Shown piece after piece: positions 37,966 through 49,161 of a DNA stretch of 64,000 nucleotides. The notes beneath the pieces are model-generated. The model did no database searches and had not been told where the DNA came from. It saw only the letters and a program-made list of their open reading frames with translations. The first letter of the stretch is position 1. Each line of letters starts with the position of its first letter. Origin of the DNA: Escherichia coli (GTDB lineage Bacteria > Pseudomonadota > Gammaproteobacteria > Enterobacterales > Enterobacteriaceae). A program made the position numbers and the translations under genes. Location of the stretch: assembly GCF_048403405.1 (NCBI RefSeq), contig NZ_CP183135.1; one strand, given 5' to 3'.

Positions 37966-38880
37966 ATGCTCTCAATAAAAAAAGTAACCATGCTCTTGGG
38001 GTGCCTAGTCCTCACCTGCTCGATAGCATTTCAGGCGAGTGCAGCTGAAAAATTCAAGGTCATTACAACTTTTACCATCATCGCAGATATGGCCAAAAAC
38101 GTGGCTGGAGATGCTGCAGAAGTCTCATCCATAACCAAGCCTGGTGCAGAAATTCATGAGTATCAGCCTACCCCTGGCGATATTAAACGTGCGCAGGGGG
38201 CACAACTGATTCTCGCCAATGGTATGAATCTGGAATTGTGGTTCCAACGCTTTTACCAGCATCTCAATGGGGTTCCAGAAGTAATTGTCTCTTCGGGTGT
38301 GACGCCAGTAGGGATCACCGAAGGGCCCTATGAGGGCAAACCTAACCCCCATGCCTGGATGTCGCCAGATAATGCTCTGATTTACGTCGATAATATTCGT
38401 GATGCGTTTATAAAATACGATCCGATAAATGCACAAACCTACCAACGTAATGCCGATACTTATAAAGCCAAGATTACCCAAACCCTTGCCCCCCTGCGTA
38501 AGCAGATTGCGGAACTCCCTGAGAATCAGCGATGGATGGTCACCAGTGAAGGGGCTTTTTCTTATCTCGCACGCGATTTGGGGCTAAAAGAGCTTTATCT
38601 GTGGCCGATTAATGCCGATCAACAAGGAACACCGCAGCAGGTACGTAAGGTTGTTGATATAGTTAAGAAAAATCATATCCCGGCAGTCTTTAGCGAGAGT
38701 ACGATTTCCGATAAACCAGCGCGTCAGGTTGCGCGTGAAACCGGCGCGCACTACGGTGGTGTGCTCTATGTCGATTCCCTGAGCACAGAAAACGGCCCGG
38801 TACCTACGTATATCGACCTTCTGAAGGTTACTACCAGTACGCTGGTACAGGGAATTAAAGCCGGAAAAAGGGAGAAATAA
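37966..38880 (+). CDS. sitA: Mn/Fe ABC transporter periplasmic binding protein SitA
   Basis: 304 aa, signal peptide, first of four co-oriented overlapping ABC genes. Confidence 0.85.
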   Translation: MLSIKKVTMLLGCLVLTCSIAFQASAAEKFKVITTFTIIADMAKNVAGDAAEVSSITKPGAEIHEYQPTPGDIKRAQGAQLILANGMNLELWFQRFYQHLNGVPEVIVSSGVTPVGITEGPYEGKPNPHAWMSPDNALIYVDNIRDAFIKYDPINAQTYQRNADTYKAKITQTLAPLRKQIAELPENQRWMVTSEGAFSYLARDLGLKELYLWPINADQQGTPQQVRKVVDIVKKNHIPAVFSESTISDKPARQVARETGAHYGGVLYVDSLSTENGPVPTYIDLLKVTTSTLVQGIKAGKREK

Positions 38881-39707
38881 TGATGCAATCTGCAGGCATT
38901 GTCGTTAATGATGTTACTGTCACCTGGCGTAACGGGCACACAGCACTGCGCGATGCATCCTTCACAGTACCAGGCGGATCTATTGCCGCTCTGGTTGGGG
39001 TAAACGGTTCCGGAAAATCGACGTTGTTTAAAGCGATTATGGGATTTGTGCGTCTGACCAGCGGGAAGATATCTGTTCTGGGTATTCCCACACGACAGGC
39101 GCTACAGAAAAACCTGGTTGCCTACGTCCCTCAGTCAGAAGAGGTTGACTGGTCATTTCCTGTACTGGTGGAAGATGTGGTGATGATGGGCCGCTATGGG
39201 CATATGGGTATGTTGCGTATCGCCAAAAAGAGGGATCGTCAGATTGTCACCGATGCGCTGGAACGTGTCGATATGGTGGATTTTCGCCATCGACAAATCG
39301 GCGAGCTTTCCGGTGGACAAAAGAAACGCGTCTTTCTGGCGAGAGCGATTGCACAGCAGGGTGATGTGATCCTGCTGGATGAACCTTTTACCGGCGTTGA
39401 TGTGAAAACCGAAGCGAAAATCATCAGCCTGTTGAGGGAGTTACGCGCGGAAGGCAAAACGATGCTTGTCTCAACGCACAATCTCGGATCCGTCACGACA
39501 TTTTGCGATTATACGGTCATGGTCAAAGGCACCGTCCTGGCAAGCGGGCCGACAGACACCACTTTTACAGCCGAGAACCTGGAGCTGGCTTTTAGCGGCG
39601 TACTGCGCCATGTCACACTTAACGGCTCGGAAGAAAGCATTATTACTGACGATGAACGCCCTTTTGTGGCACATCGACCGTCAGCGGTGCAGAGGGAAGA
39701 AAGATGA
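38880..39707 (+). CDS. sitB: Mn/Fe ABC transporter ATPase SitB
   Basis: Walker [10 protein letters not shown], signature LSGGQKKR, Walker B ILLDEP. Confidence 0.85.
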   Translation: MMQSAGIVVNDVTVTWRNGHTALRDASFTVPGGSIAALVGVNGSGKSTLFKAIMGFVRLTSGKISVLGIPTRQALQKNLVAYVPQSEEVDWSFPVLVEDVVMMGRYGHMGMLRIAKKRDRQIVTDALERVDMVDFRHRQIGELSGGQKKRVFLARAIAQQGDVILLDEPFTGVDVKTEAKIISLLRELRAEGKTMLVSTHNLGSVTTFCDYTVMVKGTVLASGPTDTTFTAENLELAFSGVLRHVTLNGSEESIITDDERPFVAHRPSAVQREER

Positions 39708-40561
39708 ACGTGCTACTGGAACCCTTCAGCTATGAATATATGCTCAATGCGATGTGGGTCTCGGCGATGGTCGGCGGTCTCTGCGCTTTCCTGTCATGCT
39801 ATCTGATGCTAAAAGGCTGGTCGCTGATTGGCGATGCGCTGTCGCACTCTATTGTCCCGGGTGTTGCGGGGGCATATATGCTGGGGCTTCCGTTTTCTCT
39901 GGGAGCCTTCTTTTCCGGCGGACTGGCAGCGGGCAGCATGCTGTTTCTTAACCAACTCACTCGCTTAAAAGAAGATGCCATCATCGGCCTGATCTTCTCG
40001 TCCTTTTTTGGCCTGGGGCTGTTTATGGTGTCATTGAACCCGACATCCGTGAACATTCAGACCATCGTCCTGGGCAATATTCTGGCAATCGATCCGGCGG
40101 ATATCCTGCAACTCACTATCATTGGCATTCTCTCGATCATCGTGCTTTTTTTCAAATGGAAAGATCTTATGGTGACCTTTTTCGACGAGAATCACGCCCG
40201 TGCTATTGGATTGCATCCGGGCAGATTAAAAATCCTCTTCTTCACCCTGCTGTCGGTTTCGACCGTTGCGGCGCTGCAAACGGTTGGTGCCTTTCTGGTG
40301 ATCTGTCTGGTGGTGACTCCCGGTGCAACAGCATGGTTGTTAACCGATCGTTTTCCCCGCCTGCTCATGATTGCTGTAACTATTGGCAGTGTGACCAGTT
40401 TCCTCGGCGCGTGGGTCAGTTACTTTCTGGACGGCGCGACAGGTGGAATCATCGTGGTGGCGCAGACACTGCTGTTTCTTTTAGCATTTGTCTTTGCGCC
40501 CACCCATGGGCTTTTGGCAAATCGTCGGCGTGCGCATAAAGCGCTGGAGGATCGCTCATGA
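39704..40561 (+). CDS. sitC: Mn/Fe ABC transporter permease SitC
   Basis: 285-aa multi-TM permease. Confidence 0.85.
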   Translation: MNVLLEPFSYEYMLNAMWVSAMVGGLCAFLSCYLMLKGWSLIGDALSHSIVPGVAGAYMLGLPFSLGAFFSGGLAAGSMLFLNQLTRLKEDAIIGLIFSSFFGLGLFMVSLNPTSVNIQTIVLGNILAIDPADILQLTIIGILSIIVLFFKWKDLMVTFFDENHARAIGLHPGRLKILFFTLLSVSTVAALQTVGAFLVICLVVTPGATAWLLTDRFPRLLMIAVTIGSVTSFLGAWVSYFLDGATGGIIVVAQTLLFLLAFVFAPTHGLLANRRRAHKALEDRS

Positions 40562-41415
40562 TGGCATTATTACTGGAGCCACTGCAGTTCACCTTTATGA
40601 GTCACGCACTGCTGATTTCACTGGTAGTTTCCATACCCTGTGCGCTGCTGTCGGTCTTTCTGGTCCTGAAAAGTTGGGCACTGATGGGTGACGCGATGAG
40701 TCATGCGGTTTTTCCTGGCATCGTGCTTGCCTGGATTCTGGGGTTACCTCTGGCTACAGGGGCATTCGTCGCCGGAGTATTCTGTGCGGTGGCGACGGGA
40801 TACCTGAAAGACAACAGCCGAATCAAGCAAGATACAGTGATGGGGATTGTTTTTTCTGGCATGTTTGCCGCAGGTCTGATCTTGTATATTGCAGTCAAAC
40901 CAGACGTACATCTTGATCATATTCTTTTCGGCGACATGCTCGGGATAACCATCGGCGATATAATCCAGACGGTGATTATTGCCGGACTGGTTACACTTGT
41001 TATTAGCGTAAAATGGCGGGATTTTTTGCTGTTCAGCTTTGATTATCAACAGGCGCAGGCAAGCGGTTTGCATACGAGATGGCTGCATTATGGGCTGCTG
41101 TGCATGGTCTCCCTGACCATTGTGGCGACGCTGAAAGCGGTTGGTATCATTCTCTCTATTTCTCTTCTCATTGCGCCTGGTGCCATTGCGGTACTCCTGA
41201 CACAACGCTTTCATATTGCGCTCCTGCTGGCGACTGGCATATCGATATTGGTCTCAATGACTGGTGTCTGGCTGTCCTTTTTTATCGACAGCGCGCCAGC
41301 TCCGACAATTGTTGTCTTATTCGCGGTCATGTTCATCATGACGTTTACCGTTACCAGCATCAACGCACGCACAAAGGAAAATGCCGAACCACGGGATTTG
41401 TTATCATCCGATTAG
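40558..41415 (+). CDS. sitD: Mn/Fe ABC transporter permease SitD
   Basis: 285-aa multi-TM permease paralogous to SitC. Confidence 0.85.
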   Translation: MMALLLEPLQFTFMSHALLISLVVSIPCALLSVFLVLKSWALMGDAMSHAVFPGIVLAWILGLPLATGAFVAGVFCAVATGYLKDNSRIKQDTVMGIVFSGMFAAGLILYIAVKPDVHLDHILFGDMLGITIGDIIQTVIIAGLVTLVISVKWRDFLLFSFDYQQAQASGLHTRWLHYGLLCMVSLTIVATLKAVGIILSISLLIAPGAIAVLLTQRFHIALLLATGISILVSMTGVWLSFFIDSAPAPTIVVLFAVMFIMTFTVTSINARTKENAEPRDLLSSD

Positions 41416-41882
41416 CAGAACACTCGGCCAGCAACATCCGCTTATTGGCGATGCGCTTGAACGAATAATGCACAGACTTATGATTCTGATAAGTTTTGTT
41501 GCCAGAGAGTTGCTGCGGACTGGATAGCAAGTAATGTCGATTCTCAGGGGTAGCAAACAGCGCAGTAAAATGAGGGAAGTAGTGGCAAAACATAGAGAAA
41601 ATTGGGGGGCGAGGGCCAGTGATGTAAAAAACCACGCTAAGAGTTTAATTAATTGTTTGTATTGAAGTTTAATGATCTTAACTCACCCTTAAGAATATCT
41701 TCCGGTAACGAAGACGTATAATGCCCCAGCATATTTATATGGCTATGTATCAGCAGCGATAATCTTGCCGGATGCTACTCCTCAGGAGTTTCTCCCGATT
41801 TGCGAAGATGTGACAACGCCTCCTGCATGTAAAGTGTGTTTCACAGCACAACCGCATTGGTCACCAGCCCCAGAGCACCTAG

Positions 41883-42317
41883 TTGATCTTCCTGCCCTTA
41901 ACGGTAGCTGAAGATGACTGGGCTGGATGGAAAATCCTGCATGGTGCATTGGGAGAGCAGATAGAATTGGTTGGCGACGATCTGTTTGTGACCAACGTAA
42001 AGTATATTCAGCGCGGCATTGACGAAAACCTTGCCAATTCAGCATTGATTAAACTCAACCAGATTGGTTCCCTGAGTGAAACCTTTGATGCGGTACAACT
42101 TTGCCATGACAACAACTGGGGCACCTTTATCTCACACCGCAGTGGTGAGACAGTGGACAGCTTTATCGCCGATATGACAGTTGCAATGCGCGCAGGTCAT
42201 CTCAAAACGGGAGCTCCATGCCGGGGTGAGCGTATTGAAAAATATAACCAGCTTATGAGAATTGAGGATGAACTGGGTTCATCGGCGCAATTTGCCGGAA
42301 AGTCTGCCTTTAAATGA
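41883..42317 (+). pseudogene. eno: enolase C-terminal fragment
   Basis: ...[29 protein letters not shown]...[29 protein letters not shown]...[13 protein letters not shown] is the C-terminal third of enolase. Confidence 0.7.
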
Positions 42318-42657
42318 CATTATTGTGCCAATCCCCCAGGCTTACACGTCGGGGTTATTCTGGAGGAATGATGAAAGCTCACGTTTTTGTTATTTCTATG
42401 CTTACTGGCATTGTCGTCACCTATGCCGTGTTACTTCTTGGTTGCTTGTTCATCGATAAAACGCTCCCCACTGTAGATGTTGTCATTCTGTCACTTGTCG
42501 TGGGGGCTTCTGCTCAGCAATTGTCGAGGGTATTAATGTCAATAAATAGAACCTTCCCTTATCTTGCATGTAGTCAAAGGATATAAATTAACAATATCAG
42601 TCAAATGAGAACATATTCTGATATTGTTACGATAAAAAATTATTTTATGAGGGGTAC

Positions 42658-43038
42658 ATGATTAAATCACTTTTTGCCGTCATTATCGGCGGTTCTGTTG
42701 GATGTACTCTGCGCTGGTTACTGTCCACACGCTTTAACAGTCTTTTTCCAAATCTACCTCCAGGTACACTGGTGGTGAACCTCCTTGCCGGGTTAATTAT
42801 TGGTACTGCGTTGGCGTACTTTTTACGACAACCACACCTTGATCCTTTTTGGAAATTAATGATAACAACGGGACTTTGTGGAGGTCTGAGTACTTTCTCT
42901 ACATTTTCTGTTGAAGTATTCGCATTACTCCAGGCGGGAAATTATATATGGGCTTTGACGTCTGTACTTGTTCACGTCATTGGCTCCCTCATCATGACAG
43001 CTTTAGGCTTTTTTATCATAACCATACTTTTCGCATGA
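42658..43038 (+). CDS. crcB: fluoride ion channel CrcB
   Basis: 126 aa, four TM segments, MIKSLFAVIIGGSVGCTLRW...GGLSTFSTFS. Confidence 0.85.
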   Translation: MIKSLFAVIIGGSVGCTLRWLLSTRFNSLFPNLPPGTLVVNLLAGLIIGTALAYFLRQPHLDPFWKLMITTGLCGGLSTFSTFSVEVFALLQAGNYIWALTSVLVHVIGSLIMTALGFFIITILFA

Positions 43039-43100
43039 GAATTCATTAACGTTACAGGTTTATCAACTAATGTGACGCTTAGGATAGAATTTCGCTCCAT

Positions 43101-43161
43101 GGTATGCGTTTGCAGTCATTACAGTCTCCATGACGACTGTAATGACTGCAAACGCATTACC
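43101..43161. repeat. long near-perfect hairpin (26-bp arms, 8-nt loop) downstream of crcB
   Basis: GGTATGCGTTTGCAGTCATTACAGTC / tccatgac / GACTGTAATGACTGCAAACGCATTACC. Confidence 0.5.
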
Positions 43162-43417
43162 TGACATATCAGTATAAACAATGAATTAACCTCTTGGCGT
43201 ATTTTTTACATCACTGGCCCTCACCCCCCAAAATTCTCTCTGAAAAATTGTTGCGGTTAACGTTGCCAATGTATCCACCCATTTCAGAAGACGATCTGGC
43301 ATCCTGGTGGCATGCTGCGATGTGCTTCAGGTGAGTGCACTGGGCGGTCAGCACAGGCGGTTTCGACAGCGAAATTGCACAGGACGTTATGCCGGCTGTG
43401 AGTACAACATCATAGCC

Positions 43418-44611
43418 TTACTTGATTGTACGGTAATGCCAAATACATGCAGACACTATGGTAAATAATACAGCGGCAAATAATGCCGTCACAATCAGCG
43501 CGATTGAGACACCTGTTTTCGACGCCAGTGGCACCAACAATGCGCACAGCCCATAGCCAAGTGTGTGACTGGCCGCAAGCCAGCCCGCGCCTGCGCCGTC
43601 GGCCAGCTTATCATTCAGTAAAAGTTGATAAGCGGGTGTTGCCAGAGCGGCCCCAAATGACAGCACTGCACAGCCCAGGTAAAACAACCATAGCTGTTCA
43701 GTGAGCATGATAGCCAGACCACTACTCATCAACACCCCGGCACTCAGGAGCAGAGCCACTGGAGTCAGGCGCTGTGGACGGAGTACCACGAACTGCGCGA
43801 TAAGCGCAGCTATTGCGGACAGCCCCAACAACCACGCCACCTGTTGGCTAATAGTGGTGGTATCAGTATCGAACTGGCGAGTAAGGGCTGGCGAAAGTCC
43901 AAGCTGCATCATGCTCATTGCCGCAGCCAGTAACATTGCGCAAAGCAGATAAGGCAGGCAATCCCGCTTCAGGCTGACGCTCTTGCGCTCCGGTGTGGGC
44001 TGTGGTGGTGTGCCGGGCAACCGCAGAAGCATCACCACAGCCCACACCGGAGCTGCCATCAGCATCCACACTGGCGCCAGAGGGTGAATGACCAACATTG
44101 CCGCCGCGCACAGCGGCCCGAATAGCCTGCCGCAGCTCAGGCCGGAGCTGATGGTTGCCAGAGCGGCCATGCGATTCCCTTCTCCCGCTCTCTGCAATGC
44201 CCAGACCTGACAGGCTGGCACCATTGCTGACACGGTCAGACCGTAGACGATCCGGGCGATGATTAATATTCCCAACCCCACCGCTGTTGTTACGGCACCG
44301 GTAGCCATCAGCACGCTTCCCAGCCCAAGCAGGGTAAAGCTTACGCCATATCCTCCCAGAGCCCACAGCACCACAGTCTTACTGCCAGTAAGGGAAATTT
44401 GCTTTCCCCACCATGGGGAAGATGGCAGAAACAGCATTGAGCCCAGCATCAGCAGGGCAGCCCATACAGACAGACTCAGATTTGTCTGTATGACCAGAAC
44501 AGGGAGTACAACCAGCAGACCGTTCTGTCCGATACCGAGAAGACCGGCACTGAACGCCAGTGGCCAGCAGGACAGGGTTTTTTGGGGCGTATCTTCGATC
44601 TTAGATGACAT
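43418..44611 (-). CDS. shiF: MFS transporter ShiF (aerobactin-locus associated)
   Basis: 397-aa 12-TM protein divergent from and immediately upstream of iucA. Confidence 0.7.
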   Translation of the reverse strand: MSSKIEDTPQKTLSCWPLAFSAGLLGIGQNGLLVVLPVLVIQTNLSLSVWAALLMLGSMLFLPSSPWWGKQISLTGSKTVVLWALGGYGVSFTLLGLGSVLMATGAVTTAVGLGILIIARIVYGLTVSAMVPACQVWALQRAGEGNRMAALATISSGLSCGRLFGPLCAAAMLVIHPLAPVWMLMAAPVWAVVMLLRLPGTPPQPTPERKSVSLKRDCLPYLLCAMLLAAAMSMMQLGLSPALTRQFDTDTTTISQQVAWLLGLSAIAALIAQFVVLRPQRLTPVALLLSAGVLMSSGLAIMLTEQLWLFYLGCAVLSFGAALATPAYQLLLNDKLADGAGAGWLAASHTLGYGLCALLVPLASKTGVSIALIVTALFAAVLFTIVSACIWHYRTIK

Positions 44612-44746
44612 TGTAATGTTTCAACACCATGTATTAATTGTGTTTATTTGTAAAATTAATTTTTCTGACAATAACATTTCTCGTTGATAATGAGAATCAT
44701 TATTGACATAATTGTTATTATTTTACTGTGTAGGAGCTGTTTGATT

Positions 44747-46471
44747 ATGATCCTGCCCTCTGAAAAATCCGCCACAGATGTGGCTGCGCAGTGCTTCCTG
44801 AATGCCTTGATTCGTGAAACCAAAGACTGGCAACTGGCGGAATACCCGCCAGACGAATTGATTATCCCGCTGGACGAACAGAAGTCGCTCCATTTCAGAG
44901 TGGCTTATTTCTCCCCAACCCAGCATCACCGCTTTGCATTTCCTGCTCATCTGGTCACGGCATCAGGCAGTTATCCTGTCGACTTTACCACTCTCTCCCG
45001 GCTTATTATTGATAAGCTCCGGCATCAACTTTTTCTGCCAGTTCCCCTCTGCGAAACTTTCCACCAACGCGTGCTGGAAAGCTACGCCCATACGCAACAG
45101 ACAATTGATGCCCGCCATGACTGGGCCATCCTGCGTGAAAAAGCGTTGAATTTTGGCGAGGCTGAGCAGGCACTGCTGACAGGACACGCTTTCCACCCTG
45201 CACCTAAGTCTCATGAACCGTTTAACCGCCAGGAAGCTGAACGATACCTGCCTGACATGGCACCTCACTTCCCGCTGCGGTGGTTTTCGGTGGATAAAAC
45301 GCAAATCGCTGGTGAAAGTCTGCATCTTAACCTTCAACAGCGGTTGACGCGATTTGCCGCAGAAAATGCGCCCCAGTTACTCAACGAATTAAGTGACAAT
45401 CAATGGCTGTTCCCGCTGCACCCGTGGCAGGGAGAATATCTTTTGCAGCAAGTGTGGTGCCAGGCACTTTTTGCTAAAGGACTTATCAGAGACTTAGGCG
45501 AGGCCGGCACGTCGTGGCTGCCGACCACCTCTTCCCGCTCCCTCTACTGTGCTACCAGCCGCGATATGATCAAGTTCTCCCTGAGCGTTCGGCTGACCAA
45601 CTCCGTCCGTACTCTGTCTGTGAAAGAGGTGGAGCGAGGAATGCGCCTGGCACGTCTGGCGCAAACCGACGGCTGGCAGATGCTACAGGCCCGCTTCCCT
45701 ACTTTCCGGGTAATGCAGGAGGACGGCTGGGCCGGGCTGCGCGATCTTAACGGCAACATCATGCAGGAAAGTTTGTTTTCCCTGCGTGAAAACCTGCTGC
45801 TGGAGCAGCCGCAAAGCCAGACCAACGTTCTGGTTTCCCTGACTCAGGCCGCACCGGATGGCGGTGATTCGCTGCTGGTTTCGGCGGTAAAACGCCTGAG
45901 CGATCGCCTCGGTATCACTGTGCAACAGGCCGCCCACGCATGGGTCGATGCTTACTGTCAGCAGGTGCTGAAGCCTCTGTTTACGGCTGAAGCGGATTAC
46001 GGCCTGGTGCTGCTGGCGCATCAGCAAAATATTCTTGTGCAGATGCTTGGGGATCTGCCGGTCGGATTTATTTACCGTGACTGCCAGGGCAGCGCGTTTA
46101 TGCCTCACGCGACAGAGTGGCTCGATACCATTGACGAGGCGCAGGCGGAAAATATTTTCACCCGTGAGCAGTTGCTGCGCTATTTCCCTTATTACCTGCT
46201 GGTTAACTCCACTTTTGCCGTAACTGCTGCGCTGGGTGCTGCCGGGCTGGACAGCGAAGCGAATCTGATGGCTCGTGTACGAACATTGCTGGCTGAAGTG
46301 CGTGACCAGGTGACTCATAAAACCTGTCTCAACTATGTTCTGGAAAGTCCGTACTGGAACGTAAAAGGTAACTTTTTCTGTTATCTGAACGATCATAACG
46401 AGAACACCATCGTTGACCCTTCGGTGATCTATTTTGATTTCGCTAACCCGCTGCAGGCTCAGGAGGTCTGA
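44747..46471 (+). CDS. iucA: aerobactin synthetase IucA
   Basis: 574 aa from ATG 44747 (MILPSEKSATDVAAQCFLNAL...), IucA/IucC family. Confidence 0.85.
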   Translation: MILPSEKSATDVAAQCFLNALIRETKDWQLAEYPPDELIIPLDEQKSLHFRVAYFSPTQHHRFAFPAHLVTASGSYPVDFTTLSRLIIDKLRHQLFLPVPLCETFHQRVLESYAHTQQTIDARHDWAILREKALNFGEAEQALLTGHAFHPAPKSHEPFNRQEAERYLPDMAPHFPLRWFSVDKTQIAGESLHLNLQQRLTRFAAENAPQLLNELSDNQWLFPLHPWQGEYLLQQVWCQALFAKGLIRDLGEAGTSWLPTTSSRSLYCATSRDMIKFSLSVRLTNSVRTLSVKEVERGMRLARLAQTDGWQMLQARFPTFRVMQEDGWAGLRDLNGNIMQESLFSLRENLLLEQPQSQTNVLVSLTQAAPDGGDSLLVSAVKRLSDRLGITVQQAAHAWVDAYCQQVLKPLFTAEADYGLVLLAHQQNILVQMLGDLPVGFIYRDCQGSAFMPHATEWLDTIDEAQAENIFTREQLLRYFPYYLLVNSTFAVTAALGAAGLDSEANLMARVRTLLAEVRDQVTHKTCLNYVLESPYWNVKGNFFCYLNDHNENTIVDPSVIYFDFANPLQAQEV

Positions 46472-47419
46472 ATGTCTGGGGCAAACATTGTTCACAGCGG
46501 ATATGGACTGCGCTGTGAAAAACTCGACAAGCCTCTGAATCTTGGCTGGGGGCTGGACAATAGCGCGGTGTTGCACTGGCCCGGGGAGCTGCCAACAGGG
46601 TGGCTGTGCGACGCGCTGGATCAGATATTTATCGCCGCACCACAACTTTCAGCAGTGGTTCTTCCCTGGTCCGAATGGTGTGAGGAGCCACAGGCGCTGA
46701 CGCTTTTCGGACAGGTACAAAGCGACATTATCCATCGTTCCGCTTTCTGGCAGTTACCGTTATGGCTGAGTTCTCCGGCAAACCGGGCCTCCGGTGAAAT
46801 GGTTTTTGATGCAGAGCGTGAGATTTATTTCCCGCAGCGCCCCCCCCGTCCGCAGGGTGAAGTTTATCGTCGTTACGATCCACGCATTCGCAGGATGCTG
46901 AGTTTCCGCATTGCCGATCCCGTTTCTGATGCAGAACGTTTCACTCGCTGGATGAACGATCCGCGCGTTGAGTATTTCTGGGAGCAAAGTGGCTCACTGG
47001 AGGTTCAGATCGCCTATCTGGAACGCCAGCTCACCAGTAAACATGCATTCCCGCTGATTGGTTGTTTCGACGATCGGCCGTTCAGTTATTTCGAAATCTA
47101 CTGGGCGGCGGAAGACCGCATTGGTCGCCACTATTCGTGGCAGCCCTTTGACCGTGGCCTGCATCTGCTGGTTGGTGAACAGCAATGGCGCGGAGCCCAC
47201 TATGTGCAAAGCTGGCTGCGCGGGGTGACACATTACCTGCTGCTGAATGAGCCACGTACGCAGCGCACAGTACTGGAGCCACGCACCGATAACCAGCGCC
47301 TGTTCCGCCATCTTGAGCCTGCGGGATACCGGACAATTAAAGAGTTCGACTTCCCACATAAACGCTCGCGCATGGTGATGGCGGATCGTCATCACTTCTT
47401 CACGGAGGTCGGTCTGTAA
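46472..47419 (+). CDS. iucB: N6-hydroxylysine acetyltransferase IucB
   Basis: 315 aa, position in the iuc operon. Confidence 0.85.
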   Translation: MSGANIVHSGYGLRCEKLDKPLNLGWGLDNSAVLHWPGELPTGWLCDALDQIFIAAPQLSAVVLPWSEWCEEPQALTLFGQVQSDIIHRSAFWQLPLWLSSPANRASGEMVFDAEREIYFPQRPPRPQGEVYRRYDPRIRRMLSFRIADPVSDAERFTRWMNDPRVEYFWEQSGSLEVQIAYLERQLTSKHAFPLIGCFDDRPFSYFEIYWAAEDRIGRHYSWQPFDRGLHLLVGEQQWRGAHYVQSWLRGVTHYLLLNEPRTQRTVLEPRTDNQRLFRHLEPAGYRTIKEFDFPHKRSRMVMADRHHFFTEVGL

Positions 47420-49161
47420 TGAATCACAAAGACTGGGATTTGGTCAACCGCCGCCTGGTGGCAAAAATGTTGTCTGAGCTGGAGTATGAGCAGGTTTTCC
47501 ACGCGGAATCTCAGGGCGATGACCGCTACTGCATTAACCTGCCGGGAGCACAATGGCGCTTCATCGCTGAACGTGGTATCTGGGGCTGGCTCTGGATTGA
47601 TGCTCAAACTCTGCGCTGCGCGGACGAGCCAGTACTGGCTCAGACGCTGCTGATGCAGCTAAAGCAGGTACTGTCAATGAGCGATGCAACCGTTGCTGAG
47701 CATATGCAGGATTTGTATGCCACGCTGCTGGGCGACCTGCAACTACTGAAAGCCCGTCGCGGGCTGAGCGCCAGTGACCTGATTAATCTTAATGCCGACC
47801 GCCTGCAATGCCTGCTGAGCGGTCATCCTAAATTCGTTTTTAATAAAGGTCGCCGTGGCTGGGGTAAAGAGGCGCTGGAACGATATGCGCCAGAGTATGC
47901 CAACACCTTCAGACTGCACTGGCTGGCGGTAAAACGTGAACATATGATCTGGCGCTGTGATAACGAGATGGATATTCATCAGTTGTTGACGGCCGCAATG
48001 GATCCGCAGGAGTTTGCCCGCTTCAGTCAGGTCTGGCAGGAAAACGGACTGGATCATAACTGGCTGCCGCTGCCGGTACATCCGTGGCAGTGGCAGCAAA
48101 AAATCGCTACCGACTTCATCGCTGATTTTGCCGAAGGCAGGATGGTGTCTCTCGGCGAGTTTGGCGACCAGTGGCTCGCCCAGCAGTCGCTGCGTACCCT
48201 GACCAACGCCAGTCGCCGGGGCGGGCTGGATATCAAGCTGCCGCTGACCATCTACAACACCTCATGCTACCGGGGGATCCCTGGCAGATACATCGCTGCC
48301 GGACCACTGGCTTCACGCTGGCTACAACAGGTTTTTGCGACCGACGCCACCCTAGTGCAAAGCGGCGCAGTGATACTTGGTGAACCGGCTGCAGGCTATG
48401 TCTCCCATGAAGGCTATGCCGCGCTTGCCCGGGCTCCCTATCGCTACCAGGAAATGCTTGGTGTTATCTGGCGGGAGAATCCGTGCCGCTGGCTGAAACC
48501 GGATGAAAGTCCGGTTCTGATGGCAACACTGATGGAGTGCGACGAAAACAATCAGCCGCTGGCAGGCGCATATATAGACCGCTCCGGGCTGGACGCTGAA
48601 ACCTGGCTTACGCAACTGTTCCGGGTGGTCGTGGTTCCTCTGTATCACCTGCTTTGCCGCTACGGTGTCGCGCTTATTGCACATGGACAAAATATAACTC
48701 TCGCCATGAAAGAGGGGGTTCCACAGCGTGTTCTGCTGAAAGACTTCCAGGGCGATATGCGACTGGTGAAAGAAGAGTTCCCCGAAATGGACTCTTTGCC
48801 TCAGGAGGTTCGTGATGTTACATCCCGCCTGAGTGCGGACTATTTAATCCATGATTTGCAGACGGGTCACTTCGTGACAGTACTGCGTTTTATTTCGCCA
48901 CTGATGGTTCGTCTTGGCGTACCTGAAAGGCGATTTTATCAACTGCTGGCAGCAGTGTTGAGTGATTACATGAAAAAACATCCACAAATGTCAGAGCGTT
49001 TTGCGCTTTTCTCACTTTTCAGGCCACAAATCATTCGCGTGGTGCTGAACCCGGTAAAACTGACCTGGCCTGATCTGGATGGCGGCAGCCGCATGCTGCC
49101 GAATTACCTTGAGGATCTGCAAAATCCGCTGTGGCTGGTAACTCAGGAATATGAATCATGA
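47419..49161 (+). CDS. iucC: aerobactin synthetase IucC
   Basis: 580 aa IucA/IucC-family protein. Confidence 0.85.
   Translation: MNHKDWDLVNRRLVAKMLSELEYEQVFHAESQGDDRYCINLPGAQWRFIAERGIWGWLWIDAQTLRCADEPVLAQTLLMQLKQVLSMSDATVAEHMQDLYATLLGDLQLLKARRGLSASDLINLNADRLQCLLSGHPKFVFNKGRRGWGKEALERYAPEYANTFRLHWLAVKREHMIWRCDNEMDIHQLLTAAMDPQEFARFSQVWQENGLDHNWLPLPVHPWQWQQKIATDFIADFAEGRMVSLGEFGDQWLAQQSLRTLTNASRRGGLDIKLPLTIYNTSCYRGIPGRYIAAGPLASRWLQQVFATDATLVQSGAVILGEPAAGYVSHEGYAALARAPYRYQEMLGVIWRENPCRWLKPDESPVLMATLMECDENNQPLAGAYIDRSGLDAETWLTQLFRVVVVPLYHLLCRYGVALIAHGQNITLAMKEGVPQRVLLKDFQGDMRLVKEEFPEMDSLPQEVRDVTSRLSADYLIHDLQTGHFVTVLRFISPLMVRLGVPERRFYQLLAAVLSDYMKKHPQMSERFALFSLFRPQIIRVVLNPVKLTWPDLDGGSRMLPNYLEDLQNPLWLVTQEYES

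Noticed and set aside
42587-42657. Possible fluoride riboswitch in the crcB leader
   Set aside because: I could not see the conserved riboswitch core motifs in the 70-nt leader; would need a covariance-model search.
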